NCBI GenBank assembly: GCA_951406725.2
Contig: OX597823.1
Coordinates: 55,056,001-55,120,000 of the forward strand
Direction: 5' to 3'
Length of the DNA stretch: 64,000 bases
Origin: Octopus vulgaris
Lineage: Eukaryota
Shown here: piece after piece, positions 1 through 13,202 of the stretch
How positions within the stretch are numbered: the first letter of the stretch is position 1
Layout: every line of letters starts with the position of its first letter
Made by a program: the position numbers and the translations under genes
Notes under the pieces: generated by a model
What the model was told of the DNA's origin: nothing
Database searches by the model: none
Seen by the model: the letters and a program-made list of their open reading frames with translations, nothing else

Positions 1-145
1 CGCCACTACTACCTACACAACAACTACTACCACCAACGCCTTTTCTACTATCATCATCATCATCACTACCGCCACCGCCACCACCACCGTCACTACCGTC
101 ACCACAAAAACAGTCACCACTACCACCAACACCACCACCACCACC

Positions 146-180
<35 letters not shown>

Positions 181-300
181 CATCATCTGTAGCATAATGG
201 AGCAATCAATGCATACATAAACGGATTGCGTGCCAATGCAATAAAACCGCCAAGATAACTCGCAGCCTCACTTTGTTGCAACCACCACCACCACCACCAC

Positions 301-345
<45 letters not shown>

Positions 346-610
346 CATTATTATTATTATCAACAACATCGTCGTAGTAAATCATCAGCATCGCCGTTAT
401 CATTGTCATCAGCGTTCAGGTACCGATGTTAACCAATACGTCGATATCATTATCACTCTTATAACCAACAACGCCAACGCCAACGACCACCAGTTCCATC
501 ACCATCATAATCAACGTCGTCATCTTAATTACCATCATCATCATTATCATCATCATCATCATCATCATCATCCTCATCATCAATATCGTCGTCGTCGTCG
601 TCGTCATCAC
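1..610. repeat. Compound trinucleotide repeats (CAC/TAC, TAT, CAT, CGT)
   Basis: Directly visible arrays; ORFs here are homopolymeric only. Confidence 0.85.
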
Positions 611-1089
611 AATTTGTATTATTTTATTCCTATTCCTCTGATTACGTAAGTGTGTTTCTGTGTAGATGTATTCATGTATGTGTGTGTGTGTCTATGTTTA
701 TATGTACATACATATACACACACGTACATACCTATGTACAAGTATACATATGATATATATATATATATGCATGTTTATATATATATATGTGTGTCTGTGT
801 AAATATATAATATACATGTATGTTTATTTATATGTGTATAAATAAATATATATGTATAAATACATATATATTTTTACATACCTATATATATGTGTGTGTG
901 TGTGTGTGTCTGTACGTGTGTGTATACGTGACATTTGTATAACAGTTTGTACCTAAACGGTTTAATTTCAATCCAATATGTAAGAAAAACGAAACATCTA
1001 TTTGAAGAATACTCTATTTAGTATAAATCTTAAATTCATTGTAAAAAAAAAAATGGTAAATATATATTTTTTTATTCGTCGTTGTTATT

Positions 1090-1265
1090 GGTTTCAAATT
1101 TTTAGCACAATACCAGCGATTTAGGGGAAAGTAGGTAAGTCGAAAGGAATGAAAGGTAAAGTCGATCACGGCGGAATTTGAACTCGGAACGTAAAGACGA
1201 ACGATATGCTGCTTAATATTTATTTTGCCCGGCGTGCTAACAGTTCAGCCAACTCGCCACCTTAT
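1090..1265 (-). mobile_element. Nin/Deu-domain-like tRNA-derived SINE, internally deleted
   Basis: Contains gaatgaaaggtaaagtcga...cggcggaatttgaactc and the head gccaactcgccacctt, shared with many copies in the window. Confidence 0.7.
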
Positions 1266-1971
1266 TCATTGATGTTATTGTAATAAAAATACATTTTGCT
1301 ATTTATTCTGAATTACGTCCCTGTGTGTTAATGCGTTGTGGTCGAGCATAATTTCTTTAGAATACTTTACGATCTGTATGACACGGTTTCGATAGTCGAG
1401 TACTTCCAAGTGAACGTTTTAGCTCTGCTCTGTTTCTCGTCACACACAGATATATATATATATTTATATTTGTATCCCTGTGTATATAGATGTATGTCTG
1501 TGTATAAATACACACACACATATAATTAGCAACAAGTATTAAAGTACAATAACAATGGTGATGGTTAATGCTGATAGCTTCCATATAAGATAGAAATTGA
1601 TTTTATAATTTATATATATATGTGTGTGTGTGTGTTAATGATATATAATGTACATCAATATAATATACAAGAATAAGTATCTCTACTAAAACATTTATGT
1701 ATATATTTATATCAATCAGTCTATACATAGTATGTGCCATGAGCTGTGTTTCCTGGATAGCGTAATGGGGCGTAATTGTGATATACAAGTACTTTTAAAC
1801 TCGGCGGAGCCATATCCTGTCCAGAAAAAGAGGGACTGAAAGAAAGAGAAGAACGGAAAGGGGTAAAGTTGACCTCGGCGGGATTTGAACTCAACACTTA
1901 ACGAACCGGAACGATTATCACACAAATAATCTATCCGACTCTCTAGCAAGTCTGCCAAACGGCCCTCTTCT

Positions 1972-2054
<83 letters not shown>

Positions 2055-2162
2055 ACACAAAGAGGGAAAGAGAGAGAAAGGAGAGATGAATAGATAGAGA
2101 GAAGGCGGAAGAAAGTCATATATATATATATTGTTGGCTTGTATGCATGATATGTATGCATA

Positions 2163-2193
<31 letters not shown>

Positions 2194-2301
2194 GTAAATC
2201 GACAGATGACATATCAATGAATCAAAGAAAAAAGGTAGGTGAATAGGTAATGTGAATGACTAATAAAATCGAAATCAATAAACTTTGTGGGGGGTACTTA
2301 C

Positions 2302-5300
2302 CAGCTTTGCTCCGGGCAAATATCTGCTTTTGCAGTCTATTCTGTTCCTGTTGAAGCTCCTGTGAGAGGGTGTTAAATTTCTTGAGAAGTAGTTGTAATT
2401 CGGTGCTACTACTAGCACTGATATGTGGTATAGAGTAGATTTCATCGTCGCTGGTCACACCTGCATAGGTTTCGTAGTCGGACGCAAAACCGCGAGGGTC
2501 AACTCGCGGGTGCGGGTGAGCATAAATCACTTCCGAATCGGAGTTGTAGCATTCGGGAGATCTGCTCCTTGTGGTCGTTATACGTCCGTACTTGGCCTTG
2601 GTGTGTAGTATATCTCGTAGACGTTCCTGGGACCAGCGGTCGTCGTGAAAACCGCCGGGGATCGTACTCGGCAACATACCCCCTCCTCCGCATATACCCC
2701 CTCCGCCTCCTCCTCCACCGCCCCCGCCCCCTCCTCCACCTCCACCCCCGCATATTATACCACCACTGCCCGTGCTACCCGGACTGCTGCCAGCAGAAGA
2801 TCCAGGTCCCCCTCCACCAGCACCAGCACCACCACTACCGCCACCGCTGCCTCCCAGGCCAGCACCACCGCCTCCACCGGATGCCACTGGACTACCTCTG
2901 TGTGCCAATAAATCACGCACGGGTAAATTTGCATACGGAACTTCCATGTGGGGTAGGAACGGTGGAGGCGGGAGAGGCGTTCCCGCGCCTATTCCTTTAT
3001 TCGCTTCTCCGTCCGACGAAGAATAAGCACCTCTAGGAGGTGGATGTGGTCGAAACGGAGCCCCTTTCGAAGGTGACCAAGAGCTAGATGGTGATGGGAA
3101 TTTCCGGTGTGGGGATGTTCCCGGACCACCACCAATAGCTTCATCACCCGAACCATCTAATTGCTGTTGTGATGTAGATATTGAGGGCAGTGAAGGACTA
3201 AGAAATGCTGTCGGGTTTTCATATATACCTTCAGCTCCATGACTACCGTAATGGCTCGAGTAAGGCGACGCTTCTTTACCACCTGAATCTGTGGAGCGGG
3301 GTAGCGAGTTATCACTAGAATTGCCGCTATCATCCACGTCATCAAAGCACAATTTTGCCTCAGCCTTGTGCGGTGAGATGTAAATGCTAGCGTAGCGGGA
3401 TGAGACGGCTGCCGTCGTTGATGATGATGATGGTGATAATGATGACACAGGAGTGCCGGTCGAGGCTAGACCCGCCACCGACGACGACGAGGTCGAGGCC
3501 GAAGTGGACGGTTTTTCTTGACCGACAGAGCCGTCCTTCAGTCTCAGTCCCTCGGCAGACGACGTGGTTGTCAACGGGGTGGTAACGGCGTTACTACTGT
3601 TCACGCCTCCACCAGCACATGGATGCCCGACCCCGCCAAGCTCTGGCGGCATAGGACCTACAGGTGGGGAAATGCCTCCGACGCCACCAGCACCAGCACC
3701 GCCTCCGGCACCTGTCTGGCTCATGTAATTCCTTTCCATTTGTTCGAAGGCGTCGGCGCATTTCTCCGTCATTTCCAAAGCTGTAGCCGACGAGGAACGA
3801 CCTTTTTTTAAAACAACTACAGGTGGTTCCTCCCGATCGGTCATCGCTAACGATGGACATGATGCATTCTTATTACCATTTTTCCTAGTTCTAATAGTCA
3901 AAATTAATTTTTTTGGTATCGACATTAAAATAACGACATCGTCTAACGACATATTCAACACCTTAACAGTGTTTACAGTCAATATTTCGTCACCTACATG
4001 TAGTAGTCCGTTACTTTCAGCAACCGTTCCCATCTGGATTCTGGAAATGAAGACGCCATCTTGTCGGTCCATCCCATTTCCTTCACGTATGTAAAATCCC
4101 AACGTTTGGCCGGGTCGTTTAATAATTTCCACGGTTTGTATAACCCAGTCGTCCACAACCTCCATGTTCTTAATGCCCATCTCCAGGGCTTCACTTGGCC
4201 GTGTAGCTGCTGATTTCACTGCCGCTGGTGCAGCTAACGTTGGACTCTTGTTGCTACTGGTAGCAGTCGTACCAGCCTCGCCGCCAACACCAACACCAAC
4301 ACCACCACTACCACTACCACCTCCGCCGCCGCCACCACCAACACCAACACCACCACCACCACCACCACCTCCACCACTAGCAATAGCAGCAGCAGCAACG
4401 GCGGCAACACCAGCAGTAGCAGCAACTCCGCCGACGCTGCTACTGTTACTGCTGCCGCTGCTTTTAGTAGTAGTAGTAGTAGTGGTAGTAGTAGTAGTAG
4501 GAGTAGTAGCACTGCTTATTGATATTGTTGTTATTGCTGCTGTTGTTGTTGTTGTTGAAATTGTTGTAGTGCTGGTTGTTGTATTGCTGCTGCTGTTGCT
4601 GATGCTAATGTTGTGGTTGATAGTAAATCCACCACCACTACCACCACCGCCGCCACCACCAGTACCACCACCACCACCACCACCACCACCACTGTTGTTG
4701 TTGCTTCTGTTGCCGCTACCACCGTGGTTGTTAATGGTGGCGTAGTAGTTGTTGTTGTTAGTGTTGTTGGTGCCGCTGTTACACGAAGAGGCAGCGTAAC
4801 GATTGGGGGTTACAGGGAGCAAGGTAGGACTGAGAGAGGGAAAACGTAGCACGCCACCACCACCACTACCACCAACACCACCACCTCCGACTACACCACC
4901 GCCGCCGCCGCCTATTATACTACTACTGCTACTACTACTACCACCACCACCACCACCACCACCGCCAACACCTGTTATATAGCCGTAACCATTATTGTTG
5001 ACAGGGGATCTCCCGATGACCCCTGGGACAGCTGCTCCGACTCCGCCACCACCACCACCACCGCCACCACCAACACCACCACCACCGCCGCCTCCACCAC
5101 CACCGCCGCCACTGCCGCCGCCGCCTCCACCACCACCACCACCACCACCACCACCACCGCTACTACAGCTACTAATTGTGTGGTAGTGACTGTAAATCTG
5201 TTGTTGTTGTAATTGTGGTTGTTGTTGAAGCGGGAACGTATGGTGATACTGTTGTAGTTGTTGTTGTTGTTGTTGTTGCAGTTGTTGTTGCTGCTGCTGT

Positions 5301-6892
5301 AGTTGTTGTTGTTGGTAATTGTAAGGAGTGTGGTAGTTGTAGTTATAAGGAGGCGGCGGCGGCTGATGAGGATGATAGCGATGATGCTGAGGCGAGGGTT
5401 GTTGGTAAGCTTGTTGTTGTTGTTGTTGTTGTTGTAGCAGGAACTGTTGTTGTTGTTGATATTGTTGTTGCAGATGGTTGTGATGCAGGTGGTAATGTTG
5501 TTCTTGTATTTGTTGTTGGTGTTGTTGTTGTAGTTGTAGCTGCAATTGAAGTTGCAGTTGTTGTTGTTGTCGGTGGTGTTGAGGGTATTGGCTTACAGTT
5601 GTGGCAGTCGTCGTCGTTGTAGCTGTTGTAGAAGTTGTCGTTGTTGATGGTGATGATAATGATGAGGATGATGATGACGATACTGCTGATGCTGCTGCTG
5701 ATGCTGCTGTCGACGTCGCCGCCGTCGCTGGTCTACTACTAACTTTATTACTGCTCTCACCACTACCACTCAATGTTTCTCCAATAGTGTCACCTACTCC
5801 GCCTACTCCTCCAATAACCAAATGTCCTCCAACTCCTCCCCCTCCTCCTCCTCCTCCTCCTCCTATCCCGACGCTTCCTGCTGTTACTAATCCCGCACCA
5901 CCCCCCGTAACTACGGAGCAGTAAGTACTATTGCTACTACTACTACCACCGCCACCACCACCACCACCACCACTACCGCTACTGCTAATTGTACTTCTAC
6001 TATTATTGCAAGCACTGCTGCCAGTAACAGCGTGTAGAATCGATCCCGCCGCTGCTGCTGTTGTTGTTGCTGCTGCTGAGGCTGCTACTGCTGTTGTTGT
6101 CGCTTCGATTGTGTTACGACTTCCAGTGTTGTCAGTCGAAGAGTTCACAGTGGATCTGACAGTTCCTGGGTTAACACCGACATCGAGGGGCGAACCAGCG
6201 ACTCCACCGCTGTCGTTGCAGTTATTATTATTATTGTTATTATTATTGTTATTCGCAATATTGTTGTTGTTATTGCTGCCGAACAGATTTCCATCGAGAT
6301 CGCTGCTGTTGTTGTTGTTGTTGTTGTTGATGGTACCCGGTGTTGTTGCTGTGGCTGTCGTTGTTGCTGTTGCTGTTGCTGTTGGTGCAACGGCTGCTGC
6401 TGCTGTTGTCAGTGGTGGTGGTGTTATCGAACTCAGAACCGCCGCGTCACCTTGATTCGTTGGATCTTTTGATGTTTGTACTGCTGGGTCCTCGCCAGCT
6501 GCCGTCACCACCATATTCCCGCCAACACTCGCTGTTGCATGCTTCGCCTTACCTATCGCTATGGAAACCAGATTGGAACTCCCACCGACGCCGATGCCCA
6601 TCTGTGAGTTCAAATCGGTTCCTTTCTTCACAAACAACCCAACGCCACCACCACCACCACCACCAACCGAATATCCTGTTGTTGCTGCTGTTGATGATGA
6701 AGTTGTTGTTGGTGGTGGTGGTGATGGTGATACTGTCGTAGATGACGTGTAACCGGTGCCATTTCCTTTGGTAGCATGCTGCTGCTGCTGCTGCTGTTGC
6801 TGCTGTAATTGCTTCTTGTGTTGCTTCTTCTCTCTTGACGCCTTTAGTTTACTCAGTGTTCCCGCTTCGTTCGGATGCTCCTCATCGTCTTC
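2302..6892 (-). CDS. RhoGAP100F: Giant internal coding exon of a Rho GTPase-activating protein 100F / Syd-1 homolog (N-terminal low-complexity region plus PDZ domain; C2 and RhoGAP exons would lie left of the window)
   Basis: On the minus strand a polypyrimidine acceptor (ttttctctttctag|GAA GAC GAT) opens a frame at 6892 that runs through the 2222..6637 ORF to a consensus donor (AAA GCT G|gtaagt) at 2302/2301; about 1530 codons. The PDZ sequence VEIIKRPGQTLGFYIREGNGMDRQDGVFISRI...GDEILTVN...MSLDDVVILMSIPKKLILTIR and the downstream PPVVVLKK and NSDSE motifs match my recollection of arthropod RhoGAP100F/Syd-1. Confidence 0.9.
3880..4142 (-). other. PDZ domain coding segment within the exon
   Basis: High-complexity island with a carboxylate-binding loop variant (TLGF), GVFISRI and LHVGDEILTVN PDZ signatures. 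Confidence 0.9.
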
Positions 6893-7145
6893 CTAGAAAG
6901 AGAAAAATAAAAAAAGGAGAGTGAGCGATATGGAAAATACAGGAAATAAAAAGATGTCAAAAGTGAAAGTGAAAGTGAAACTATAAAGTTACAGTATTTG
7001 GGGGCTGGAGGGCGAAAGTGAGAAGAATTCAGAATACAAAGATATAGAACTGTTGTCTTTGTTACGCTTGTATACAATGTATGGACGCGTCGTATAGCAC
7101 GCAAACACACACACACGCACACATACATGTATGTATGTATATATA

Positions 7146-7375
7146 TTTCTTTACTACCCACAAGGGGCTAAACATAGAGGGGACAAACAATGACAGACAA
7201 ACGGATTAAGTCGATTATATCGACCCCAGTGCGTAACTGGTACTTTATTTGTCGACCCCGAAAGGATGAAAGGCAAAGTCAACCTCGGCGGAATTTGAAC
7301 TCGGAACGTAACGACAGACGAAATACGGCTGCGCATTTCGCCCGGTCTGCTAACGTTTCTGCCAGCTCGCCGCCC
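7146..7375 (-). mobile_element. Nin/Deu-domain-like tRNA-derived SINE, near full length
   Basis: Head ggcggcgagctggcagaaacgttagca, B-box-like gagttcaaattcc, central gcctttcatcctttcggggtcga...aagtaccag, tail tttagccccttgtgggtagtaaagaaat. Confidence 0.85.
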
Positions 7376-7482
7376 ATGTATGTATATATGATACATATAC
7401 ACACAGACATATATATATATGTGCGCGCGCGTGTATATATATATATATATATTTACATATATATATGTACATACATATGTAT

Positions 7483-7512
<30 letters not shown>

Positions 7513-7513
<1 letters not shown>

Positions 7514-7645
7514 GTGAATGCAAGGAAGAACAAACTAGGAAAAAAACAATAACGCAAGGACGTGGTACAAGTACTGTATTATCAGACGCTCAGGAAAGGA
7601 CGGAAAGAGGATATAACGTCTCGAGCCAAGCTCTTCGTCATTTAT
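7513..7645 (-). mobile_element. Short Penelope-associated element end with a degenerate hammerhead-like motif
   Basis: Similar to 12700-12837; the minus strand reads TGACGA-AGAGC-ttg-GCTC-GAGA-CGTT; it ends at a TA run. Confidence 0.6.
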
Positions 7646-7686
7646 ATACATACATACATACATACATACATACATACATACATACA

Positions 7687-7722
<36 letters not shown>

Positions 7723-7733
7723 TATATACATAC

Positions 7734-7854
<121 letters not shown>

Positions 7855-8031
7855 TACATGCATACAGACTTGCATATACACACGCGCGCGCGCGACACAC
7901 ATACACATACACACGCATTCGCGCATATTTGGATACATATTTCATATAAAACTGTATGTTGTTCTTGTATTTGTTGTTGTTGTTGTAGCTGCAATTGAAG
8001 TTTCAGTTGTTGATGTCGGTGGTGTTGAGGG

Positions 8032-8091
<60 letters not shown>

Positions 8092-8155
8092 CATCCATCC
8101 ATCCATCCATCCATCCATCCATCCATCCATCCATCCATCCATCCATCTATCTATA

Positions 8156-8201
<46 letters not shown>

Positions 8202-8218
8202 GCAAGCTAGCTAGCTAC

Positions 8219-8469
8219 ATAAACGTCACTAAAGTGACAGAGAGTACAAGGAGTACCAACATTGCTAGAAATATAAGTCAAAACGGCTCATTAGCCATAG
8301 GAGCACTATCTTAATTAGCTGTCAAGGGTGACAAATCACCTTGTGGTCGTAGATATCTCCCTTGTCAGCTTATTAAGATAGTGCTCTTGTAGCTAATGAG
8401 TTGTTTTGACTCTTATTTCTAGCAATGCTGATACCACTGTGCACTTTCTGACACTTTAGTGACGTCTAT
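8219..8469. mobile_element. Foldback element / MITE with about 110-bp imperfect inverted arms
   Basis: acgtcactaaagtg...tagctgtcaaggg (8223-8328) is the reverse complement of cccttgtcagct...cactttagtgacgt (8359-8465). Confidence 0.8.
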
Positions 8470-8549
8470 TAATTTGATTTTTGGTTGTTAAATTGCTAAT
8501 AAGCCACCCATATTATCCATCTAGCTATCAACATACATACATACATACA

Positions 8550-8580
<31 letters not shown>

Positions 8581-8718
8581 GCATACATACATACATACAT
8601 ACATACATACATACATACATACATACATACATACATACGCATACATCTATATCACTGTCAATCTATCTCTCTGTCTGTCTATCTGTCTATCTGTCTGTCG
8701 GCTTGTCTGTCTATCTGT

Positions 8719-8818
<100 letters not shown>

Positions 8819-8841
8819 GTATGTATGTATCTGTCTGTCTG

Positions 8842-8889
<48 letters not shown>

Positions 8890-9149
8890 ATATATATATA
8901 TATATATTTACTGCGTATATAACGTATATAACAAAAAATTCGTCAATTGACGTAATGTAATAAGTGTGTACTATTAGTACTCAGTTTTGGTTTACTATTA
9001 AAACTCCGGCTTGCAACTGAAAAATGTGGTGCTGAAATTGCCTATCAGAGGTGGCTAGAAGTGGTTTATCATCGAGCGAGTAGATATATATTAAAACAGA
9101 CAATGTGAACAAGCAGGATATTTGCATCATTCTAGAATATTTAATTTGT

Positions 9150-10030
9150 AATATAAACACAGTGCAGAGTGGTTATAGTCTCTTACAGCTGTTTCTAGAA
9201 TAATTCGTCTATGTCGATAATATGTTATTGAGTAAAACGCATTTTGCCACCCTCTAATGCACCTACTCTGTCTTTCTAATAACCCGAGCCTATACTGGTG
9301 GTCAAAAATAGGACGAATCTAACTAGCATTTGTACAACTGCCATCCCGCATTCCTTATCACTAAACCTTTCTCCTGAAACACTTAATTTCACCTTTCCCT
9401 GACTTCTTAGCGTGCGTATATGGTTAAAGAAAGGAAAGCCTTGTGTCTCCTATATTGAGTTGCATTGTTATAATGTGAGAAATGAGCTGTTTCTTACACT
9501 GGAACTGATATAGTGAAAAACTGTAGTTTAAGTTGATATCAGAAACAAAGAGGCGCCGAGATAAATGGTTAGGTGACTGGAAATGGTGGTGGTTTACGGC
9601 TTATCCAGCCAGACGTCTTGAAGATACTAGCTAAAAATATACGTTTACAAATAAGAACGGTTCCGACTACAGTTAGAGGTGGTTAGTTACGTCGTGTAAT
9701 GTGATAGACAAAGCGTTGAGATTGGTCTTACTATCAGTGTCGTCAGAAGAGAGGGAACAGAGTTAGGGGAATTAATTGACGCGGATGGGAAGGGATTAGG
9801 GGAAATGAAGGTAAGGTGTGGTGGTCGGAGGATTTGCTGAAGACAGAAGAAGCGATAGCGAGTACTGTGTGGTCGATGAAGATATAGATTTATAAGATGT
9901 TGACAGAAGTGGGTAAGAAGGTGAATTGCAGAAAGAAGTGCGAAGAGTTTGTCAAAGTAGTAAAAGTGTTAAGATGTTCGAGAGTAAGAGAAGTGATGCG
10001 TCAATACAACCATTGGTATAACGCCTGCAT
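9150..10030 (-). mobile_element. Highly degraded Penelope-like fragment (GIY-YIG remnant)
   Basis: Minus strand near 9440-9470 reads tgcaactcaatataggagacacaagg (C..YIG[D/E]T-like, frameshifted); gaaacagctgtaagag near 9180-9195 resembles the 3' half of a hammerhead. Confidence 0.35.
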
Positions 10031-10794
10031 GACTCTGTAGGCCGTTCAAGAATTTGGACCTGGAGATCTACATTTCCAGCAACTTTGAGGGCCACCTCCC
10101 AGTGGTGTCGGGCGTCAACGAAGAGCCCTCGACTACAAGACGACCAAAGTTTTTTTTTTCCAAGGCCTGGGGTCTCCCGTTCCTAAGACCTAGACCATCA
10201 CCTAATCACCCTTACCCGCCTTGTTGCTTAACAACAACAAGAACAACGACTCTGTAGCGGGTCTAGTGAAGTGAGAGAAGATTCGGGTTTCAATGAGATA
10301 ACCGCCCCCACGCTCGCGTGCGCACGCATAGACTCGTACACACACACATACACATAAGTAGTGTGTGTGTGTGTGTGTATGTGTGTGTGTGTGTGTGTAA
10401 AGAGAGAAAGAGAGGAGAGAGAGAGAGAAAGAAAGAGGGAGAGAGAGAGAGCGAATGAATAAAGAAAAGTAAATAATATTTTGGTTGGGTCATAACGGCC
10501 AGTTATTAAACACTTGCACTGTATGTTATATCCAGTCTTTTGTTCTTTTCTGCAATTATCTGTTCATAACTGCTACAAGCAACAATAACAACGACAACGG
10601 AGAAAAAACAGAGTACAAAATGCGTGATTTGCAGTGAGTTAAAAGAAATCAACGAAGCTAGAAGATATGGCAATAAAATTTCCACATGGAAATTTTCTCC
10701 CACGCCAAGAAAACAGTATACGACTATTTTTTACTCTTTTAGTTTGGAAGAAATCTTTAATAAAGACCTCGAATTATATCATCACATCCAAAGC

Positions 10795-11058
10795 TTCAAA
10801 TGTACTCTGTTCCATTTTCCTTTTGTCCAGTTTGCTGGACATTATTGTAGAGCTGAAGAAGAGGTAATTTCTACTCTTCTCCTCTGGAAGCCATTTACTC
10901 GCCATACCAGAGGGTGCACACTCTCCTACCCTGATGTAATCTCCAGGGATACAGGCATCCAGCAACAGGACCTCCGTAATGCCATGATGGACCGTGAAGT
11001 CTGGCGTAGCATGGTAAATTCCATTGTCTCGACCACGGTCGAACAATGATGATGATGA
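10795..11058 (+). mobile_element. RTE-type LINE 3' end
   Basis: QFAGHYCRAEEEVISTLLLWKP...LSYPDVISRDTG...LRNAMMDREVWR resembles an RTE ORF2 C-terminus; followed by a (GAT)n tail. Confidence 0.75.
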
Positions 11059-12443
11059 TTTTTTACTTAGAAAAGCTTTCTCATGGTAGGGCCATTCACA
11101 CTCTGCTGTTCAGTCATTCTTAACCTTTCGTTAAACGCACCAGAGGACTGTACCTATCTCACTAACCGCACATTCCACTCAAGTGTTAAATAAAGAAGTT
11201 GATGAAAGATTTACCAGAGAGTAGAATGCCTGTAATGAAACCTTTCACACAAGTCCACTCATCATAAAACATCTTGGACCATATCCATCAAGGAGAGAAG
11301 CACTTGCCGCTTCTCTAACTAATAAAGAAAAGTGGTGCGTCGACTGGTTGATGCCCTCTGTTCTGACGACCCTGACATTAAGACCATTCTCAACGCTTGA
11401 TCTGTGAGATTACACGACATAGTTACCCACCTCTAACTGTATTCGAAACCGTTCATATTTGTGAACATTTTTGTGTATATTTTGTGTATATTTTTAGCGA
11501 GTGTCTTCAAGATGTCTAACTGAATCACTCGTAGCCCATCTGAGAGTAACTGATCAACACCAGCGCAAAAATCGGCAATGCACAGACAATGGACATTAGA
11601 TAAAACTAAAATTGTGGAATTGATCTGAAGGAGAAATGATCGTCTACTAAAGAGGTAGTGTAGATGGTTAGAAGCCAAAAATACTAGATGAATGAAGGAG
11701 AAATAACAAAATCTCGAACGGATATATAGTTAGATACATGCCTAAAATAAACACAAAAAATAAGAGATATAGTTAAAATGGTAGGTTACACCTCTGAGAG
11801 AGAGAGTAAAGCAGAGAGTGGAAGAAAACAGGTACAATATTTGAGATAACCACGCCGAGTGTCAAAGTTATGTTTACAGGTTAAAGTATTTTGGCGACGC
11901 TGGAATGGAAGCGACAGTGCTGAGGAAGCAAAGACACTATGTGTATGAGAAATTACATTGCAAACGCATAATTATATAGATAGACAATTTATATACGCAC
12001 GCAAGCACAATTTATATATACACTCTCACACAATTTATAAACGCACACGCACACATTCATACACAAACATATATATATATAATCACCTATAAACATTCAT
12101 GCCCAATTCCTGGAAGGTCAACGTAACCATTGAACTTAATCAGTTTCAGAATTTAATATTAAAATAAAACAGCCAAACAGCGAAAACGGTGATTAAATTA
12201 TTTCTATTCAAAACATTGAGGGGTTCAGTTGAATTTCTAGAGAAGTGGGACGGTTGCTTGATGATGTGGTCGAGTAGTTCTATCCTTGGTTCTAAGCAAG
12301 AAAATAGTACCAGTCAGTTTTCATTTTAATATAAAGTTAACGACTAGTTCGCGCAAACCGGTGCACATCGGGCCTTACTCTTCACTGTATCTATGTATTC
12401 AAGCATGTATGTATGTATGTATGTATGTATGTATGTATGTATG

Positions 12444-12474
<31 letters not shown>

Positions 12475-12624
12475 GTATGTTTGTATGTATGTATGTATGT
12501 ATGGATGGATGGATGGATGGATGTGTGTGTATGTGCGTGTGTGCATCTGTGCGCGTGTATAGTTTATGCATGTGTCCACATGTGCACATACACACACATA
12601 TGAATATGCACATATATAGCACAT

Positions 12625-12833
12625 CAGTAGTGACCTCGTGTGTACCGTTGGCGATTTTTTTCCTCTGTCTTCCCTTCTCGGGATCTTTCCTTCTCCTATG
12701 TTTCCGACGAAGAGCTCCGCTCGAAACGTTAAACCCTCCTTCTTCCCTTCTTTCCTGAGCGTCCAATAATACTATATTTGTTCCAAGTCCCCGCGTTGTT
12801 GTGCTTTTTTTTTTGTGTTTTCTTGTTTGAATT

Positions 12834-12837
<4 letters not shown>
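12625..12837 (+). mobile_element. Short non-coding Penelope-associated element with a hammerhead-like motif, ending at (TA)n
   Basis: Contains the motif at 12700-12734; related copies at 7513, 12897, 22218, 22670, 41400 and 55080. Confidence 0.7.
12700..12734 (+). ncRNA. Minimal type-I hammerhead ribozyme-like motif
   Basis: GTTT-CCGACGA-A-GAGC-tcc-GCTC-GAAA-CGT-T-AAAC: helix I GTTT/AAAC, helix II GAGC/GCTC, palindromic ACGT helix III. The core has U4>C and one extra A. Confidence 0.65.
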
Positions 12838-12893
<56 letters not shown>

Positions 12894-12896
12894 ATA

Positions 12897-13014
12897 GTAA
12901 ATTCAAATAAACGTATATATTTAATGGACAATAAGAGGAGGACATGCACAAGGAATGTATTAGCTTGACGCTCGGTGAAAAGTGAAAGTTTGACGTTTCG
13001 AGCATAGCTCTTCA

Positions 13015-13015
<1 letters not shown>
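12897..13015 (-). mobile_element. 5'-truncated copy of the hammerhead-bearing element between CA/TA arrays
   Basis: Minus strand TGA-AGAGC-tat-GCTC-GAAA-CGTC-AAAC; truncated at the (TA)n starting near 13018. Confidence 0.6.
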
Positions 13016-13104
<89 letters not shown>

Positions 13105-13105
13105 A

Positions 13106-13136
<31 letters not shown>

Positions 13137-13169
13137 ATGAATATGTATATATGAATATATATATATATT

Positions 13170-13202
<33 letters not shown>

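Noticed and set aside
2222-2301. C-terminus KYPPQSLLISILLVIHITYSPTFFL of the 1471-aa ORF
   Set aside because: Read-through past a consensus gtaagt donor into the intron.
4164-6455. Plus-strand poly-Pro/Leu/Val ORFs
   Set aside because: Antisense shadows of the trinucleotide-rich exon, with no independent coding signal.
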